Positions 62,513-64,000 of a stretch of 64,000 nucleotides of DNA are shown in pieces. Position 1 is the first letter of the stretch. The number at the start of each line of letters is the position of its first letter. The notes under the pieces were generated by a model. The model did not search any database and was not told the DNA's origin. It was given only the letters and a program-made list of their open reading frames with translations. Made by a program: the position numbers and the translations under genes. Source of the stretch: Centroscyllium fabricii (taxonomy: Eukaryota); the NCBI GenBank assembly GCA_051313645.2, contig JBNRSN020000001.1:54126001-54190000 (forward strand), given 5' to 3'.

Positions 62513-64000
62513 TGACGTATCGTCAAGATCTTCAATTAAAAGAGTCGACGCGTAGTTACCGAAACTAAAGGCTTTTAATTACTAAAGAACGGAGCTACTC
62601 TCCTCACGAGTTACTATACAGGAATGGATGGAGCCTTGGACTGACCACACCTATACCGGGGCCTCACCTGGGGGAGGAGTCGGGGGTGTGGCTGACTTGG
62701 TTCCCGGCAGTGTCATAGCAAACAGGGCTGTGCCTAACACTTGCACAGCCCATTATTAGCAATGGCTATACAGTGGTAATACAGTAGAAAGATGGTTACC
62801 ACATTCACCCCTTCTTAAAAACTTTGAGTCCGGGGGGGGTGAATAGATGGAACAGTTCATAATTAGTCTGTCCGGCGGTCGTGTCTGCCTGGTGGACCGC
62901 CGGAGCTCCGGTATTGGTGGTGATGCCTCCATGGTCGAATAGCCCGCATCTGTCGGCGCTGTGGCTTCTGGCTGCGGTGGGCTCGGCTGGGCCCCGGCGT
63001 CTGGGACGTAGTCGGGGAAACTCGGGGGCCATCTTGTGTCTGGTGGTTGGTCGACCTGCTGGCCAGCAGGAGGCGCTGTGGTGGTGTTTCCGGCCGGTGC
63101 CAGGTCCCTGATGGACACGGTGTGCTCACGCCCGTCTGGGAACTGCACAAAGGCGTAGTGCGGGTTGGCGTGTAGGAGCTATACCTTGTCCACCAGGGGG
63201 TCCGTCTTGTGGTTCCGGACGTGTCTTTTAAGGAAAACCGGCCCCGGCGTCATAAGCCATGGAGGGAGTGCCGTCCCCGAAGTCGACCTCTGGTTAAACG
63301 AGAAAATAAGATTGTGCGGGGTGGCGTTAGTAGCAGTACATAACAGTGATCTGATAGAGTGCAGCGCATCTGGGAGGACTGCCTGCCAATGGGACACTGG
63401 AAGGCCTCTGGACTTGAGAGCCAGGGTGACTGCCTTTCAGATGATCCCATTCTCCCTTTCTACCTGGCCGTTCCCCCGGGGGTTGTAACTGGTCGTTCTG
63501 CTCGTGGCAACCCCTTTCTGGAGCAGAAACTGGCGCAGTTCATCGCTCATGAACGATGACCCCCGGTCGCTATGGATGTAGCTGGGGAGACCGAAGATGG
63601 CGAACAGCGTGGTGAAGTGTTTTATCACCGTTGCGCTCGTCATATCTGGGCAGGGGAAGGCGAAGGGGAAGCGGGAGAACTCATCCACTACCGTGAGGAA
63701 GTATGAGTTGCGGTCGGTGGAAGGGAGGGGGCCTTTGAAGTCCACGCTGAGACATTCAAAGGGGCGGGTGGCCTTGATGAGGTGCGCCGTGTCTGGCCGG
63801 AAAAAGTGGGTTTTGCACTCGGCGCAGACAGGGCACTCTTAGGTCATAGCCTTGATCTCCGTGATGGAGTAGGGGAGGCTATGGGATTTGACGAAATGGG
63901 CGAGTCTGGTGACACCCGGGTGGCAAAGGCGGTCGTGGAGGTCCTTCAGCCGGTCTAGCTGGGCACTGGCGCACGTTCCCCTGGACAGTGCGTCCGGGGG
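62513..64000 (-). mobile_element. pol: Gypsy element 3 nested in element 2: 3' LTR 62513-62803 plus integrase
   Basis: Same LTR family and PPT; DFKGPLP..HSDRG..GQVER; runs off the window. Confidence 0.92.

Overview
Repeat-saturated vertebrate DNA. HE1-type V-SINEs, SacSINE1-type DeuSINEs, CR1 LINEs and Penelope elements point to a cartilaginous fish (shark or ray). I found no convincing host gene exon. The window is a stack of nested mobile elements: CR1, CR1-group and L2 LINE fragments; Penelope elements with hammerhead ribozyme motifs; Harbinger, hAT and pogo-type MITEs; solo LTRs; a near-intact CsRn1-like Gypsy element; and a triple self-nested Gypsy stack. Four observations stand out. (1) Two diverged LTR elements (38514-42740 and 51916-55403) have TSDs and a tRNA-Ser PBS and encode Gag-protease followed by a homologous coiled-coil module in place of RT/RNaseH/integrase, with promoter-motif repeats in the leader. 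(2) A miniature LTR element has 1.09-kb LTRs, a 168-bp interior and a Tf1/sushi self-priming signature. (3) Two Harbinger MITEs are independently inserted at the cleavage triplet of Penelope hammerhead ribozymes. (4) A 5S-derived bipartite SINE and a headless relative both occur. All calls come from reading the sequence by eye; no database searches were run.
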